Of a stretch of DNA of 64,000 nucleotides, positions 61,915 to 64,000 are shown in pieces. A program made the position numbers and the translations under genes. A model generated the notes under the pieces. The model was not told the DNA's origin. It searched no databases and saw only the letters and a program-made list of their open reading frames with translations. The stretch comes from the human T2T-CHM13v2.0 reference genome, Homo sapiens. Positions within the stretch are counted from its first letter, which is position 1. Each line of letters starts with the position of its first letter. The stretch is from assembly GCF_009914755.1 (NCBI RefSeq), contig NC_060936.1; one strand, 5' to 3'.

Positions 61915-62050
61915 AACTCAGGAGGCTGAGGTGGGAGGATCACTTGAGCCCAGGAGATCAAGGCTGCAGTGAGTCAAGATCAGATCACTGCACTCCAGCC
62001 TGGGCAGCAGCAAGACCCTGCCTCAAAAACAATAATAACAATAATTATAA
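61915..62050 (+). mobile_element. Alu right-arm fragment
   Basis: actcaggaggctgaggtgggaggatcacttgagccc; TSD taataattagc. Confidence 0.85.
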
Positions 62051-62517
62051 TAATTAGCTTAGTAATAGAAATTCAAAGTATGGGTGTTTAAATAAATCAG
62101 AATTCAGTTTTTCTATGCAAAGAGAAGTGTGGAAATAAATTTTTTAACTTCCCAAATTTTTAAACACAAGATTTTTTAAAAACTTGATCATCTGATAAAA
62201 TAGCCTATACATTTTTAGGGAAATAATTCTGCATAGGGTCTTACCTCCAGATAGCAAAACATTTTTTTAAAGCTATAGTAATTAAAATATGGTACATATG
62301 GAACCAGGAATAGGTAGATAAATGAATTGAGTGGAAAGCTCAGAAATATACCCAACTGTTTGTTATAATTTATTATAAGCTAAAAATTACACTCAAATCA
62401 ATGAGGAAAAGTTATTTTGTACAATGACTAGTTTAACATAATGGTCTAATCGCTTGGGAAAAAGTAAAGTTAGAACTCTATAAGTCCTTATCAGAAAATG
62501 CAGTCCAAACATAATTA

Positions 62518-63729
62518 CAATCATATGCCACTTAATAGGGACATGCTCTGAGAAATGCTTTGTTAGGTGATTTTGTTCTGAGGACTTTATAGATTGTACT
62601 TACCCAGATCTAGATAATATAGCCTACTACCCACCTAGACTATATGGTATAGACTATTTCACCTAGGCTATAAACCTGTACAGCATGTTACTGTACTGAA
62701 TACTGTAGGCAATTGCAACATGATGGTATTGTGATTGTGTATCTAGCCATATCTAAACATAGACAAGGTACAGTAAAAATACAGTTTATATATATATAAA
62801 CAGAATAATGTATATATAAACAAAATATATATATGTATATATATTTAAAATGGTATGCCTGTATAGGACACTTCCCATGAATGGAGCTTGCAGGACTGGA
62901 CGTTGCTCTCAGTGTCATTGAGTGAGTGGTGAGTAAATATGAAGGCCTAGGACATTATACTACTGTAGACTTAAGAAGTCTACATTTAGGTTATACTAAA
63001 TTTATTTTAAAAAATTTTCTTTCTTCAATAATAAATTAACCCTAGCTTACTTTTTTTATTTTATGAATTAAATTTTTTAACATTTTATTTTTTTGTAATA
63101 ACAGCTTAAAACACAAACACATAGTTCAGCTATACAAAAAATATTTTCTTTATAACCTTATTCTGTAAGCTTTTTTCTATTTTTAAATTTTTTATGTTTT
63201 TACTTATAATTTTTTGTTCAAAAACTATGACACAAACGTACACATTAGCCTAGGCCTACACAGGGTCAGGATCATTAATATCACTGGCTTCTACCTCCAC
63301 ATCTTGTCTCACTGCAGGATCGTCAGGGGCAACAATACTCGTGGAGCTGTCATTTCCTATAATATCAATGCCTTCTGTAATACCTCTTGATGGACCTGCC
63401 TGAGACTATTTACAGTTAACTTTTTTTTGGAGGTAGAAGGAGTATACTCTAAAATAATGATTAAAAGTATAGTAAACACATACATCAGTAAGATAATCAT
63501 TTATTATGATCAAATATGTAGTGTACATAATCATATGCACTGTACTTTTATATGACTGGGACTGCAGTGGATTTGTTTATACCAGCATCACCACAAACAT
63601 GTGAGTCATGCATTGCACGATGACATCACTAGGCAATAGGAATTTTCCAGCTTCATTATAATCTTATGGGACCACCTCCATATCTGCAGTTTGTCATTGA
63701 CTGAAATGTCATTATGCAACACATGACTA
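62518..63729 (+). mobile_element. Tigger3b-like DNA transposon
   Basis: TA-caatcatatgcc ... aacacatgacta-TA; colinear with 17402-18617. Confidence 0.85.
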
Positions 63730-63889
63730 TATATTTGTACACGGAAAAAAGCTTTTAATATATTATTTAAATAATTATTTACTATATTATTTAAAGAAAA
63801 ATACAAAACCATTGTAAGATACATTTAAAAAACATCAAGCATATATTTCTTTCTGGTCGTGTATATGTTTGTGTGTCTCAAAGACTATA

Positions 63890-64000
63890 CAATCATTCCT
63901 ACCTATCACAGGACATTGGTTCCAGGACACCAAACCAAAATCCAGGGATGCTCATGTCCCTTATATAAAATGGTGTAATATTTGCATATAACCTATGCAC
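63890..64000 (+). mobile_element. MER2-like Tigger MITE (runs off the window)
   Basis: ttggttccaggac...gatgctcatgtcccttatataaaatggtgtaatatttgcatataacct. Confidence 0.8.

Overview
Human (primate) AT-rich, repeat-dense genomic DNA that I recognise as the PARPBP/PMCH locus (12q23). The + strand carries the last eight coding exons of PARPBP (PARI/C12orf48/AROM). All are GT-AG and phase-consistent, from 1002 to the TAA at 43427, ending in a PIP box (QAKLTQFF), with a 3' UTR running to an AATAAA at 44629. The complete three-exon PMCH gene (165-aa prepro-MCH: NGE, NEI, MCH) lies on the - strand, with TATA and AP-1 sites upstream. Its exons 2-3 and both introns sit antisense inside the PARPBP 3' UTR. 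The rest is mostly transposon relics: Alus, a full-length HERV-W LTR17 solo LTR nested in a MER4 LTR, MaLR/ERVL LTRs, L1/HAL1/L2/L3/MIR and Tigger/hAT elements. The best leads are: (1) + strand splice acceptors built from the reverse complement of PMCH sequence, which could give PIP-less PARI isoforms and may make the HELLPAR lncRNA a PARPBP terminal exon or readthrough; (2) an intact human MGOP overprinted frame coupled to poly(A) choice; (3) an Alu whose target-site duplication copied a perfect splice donor. Exon numbers, repeat subfamily names and old-repeat boundaries come from memory and eye, not from computation.
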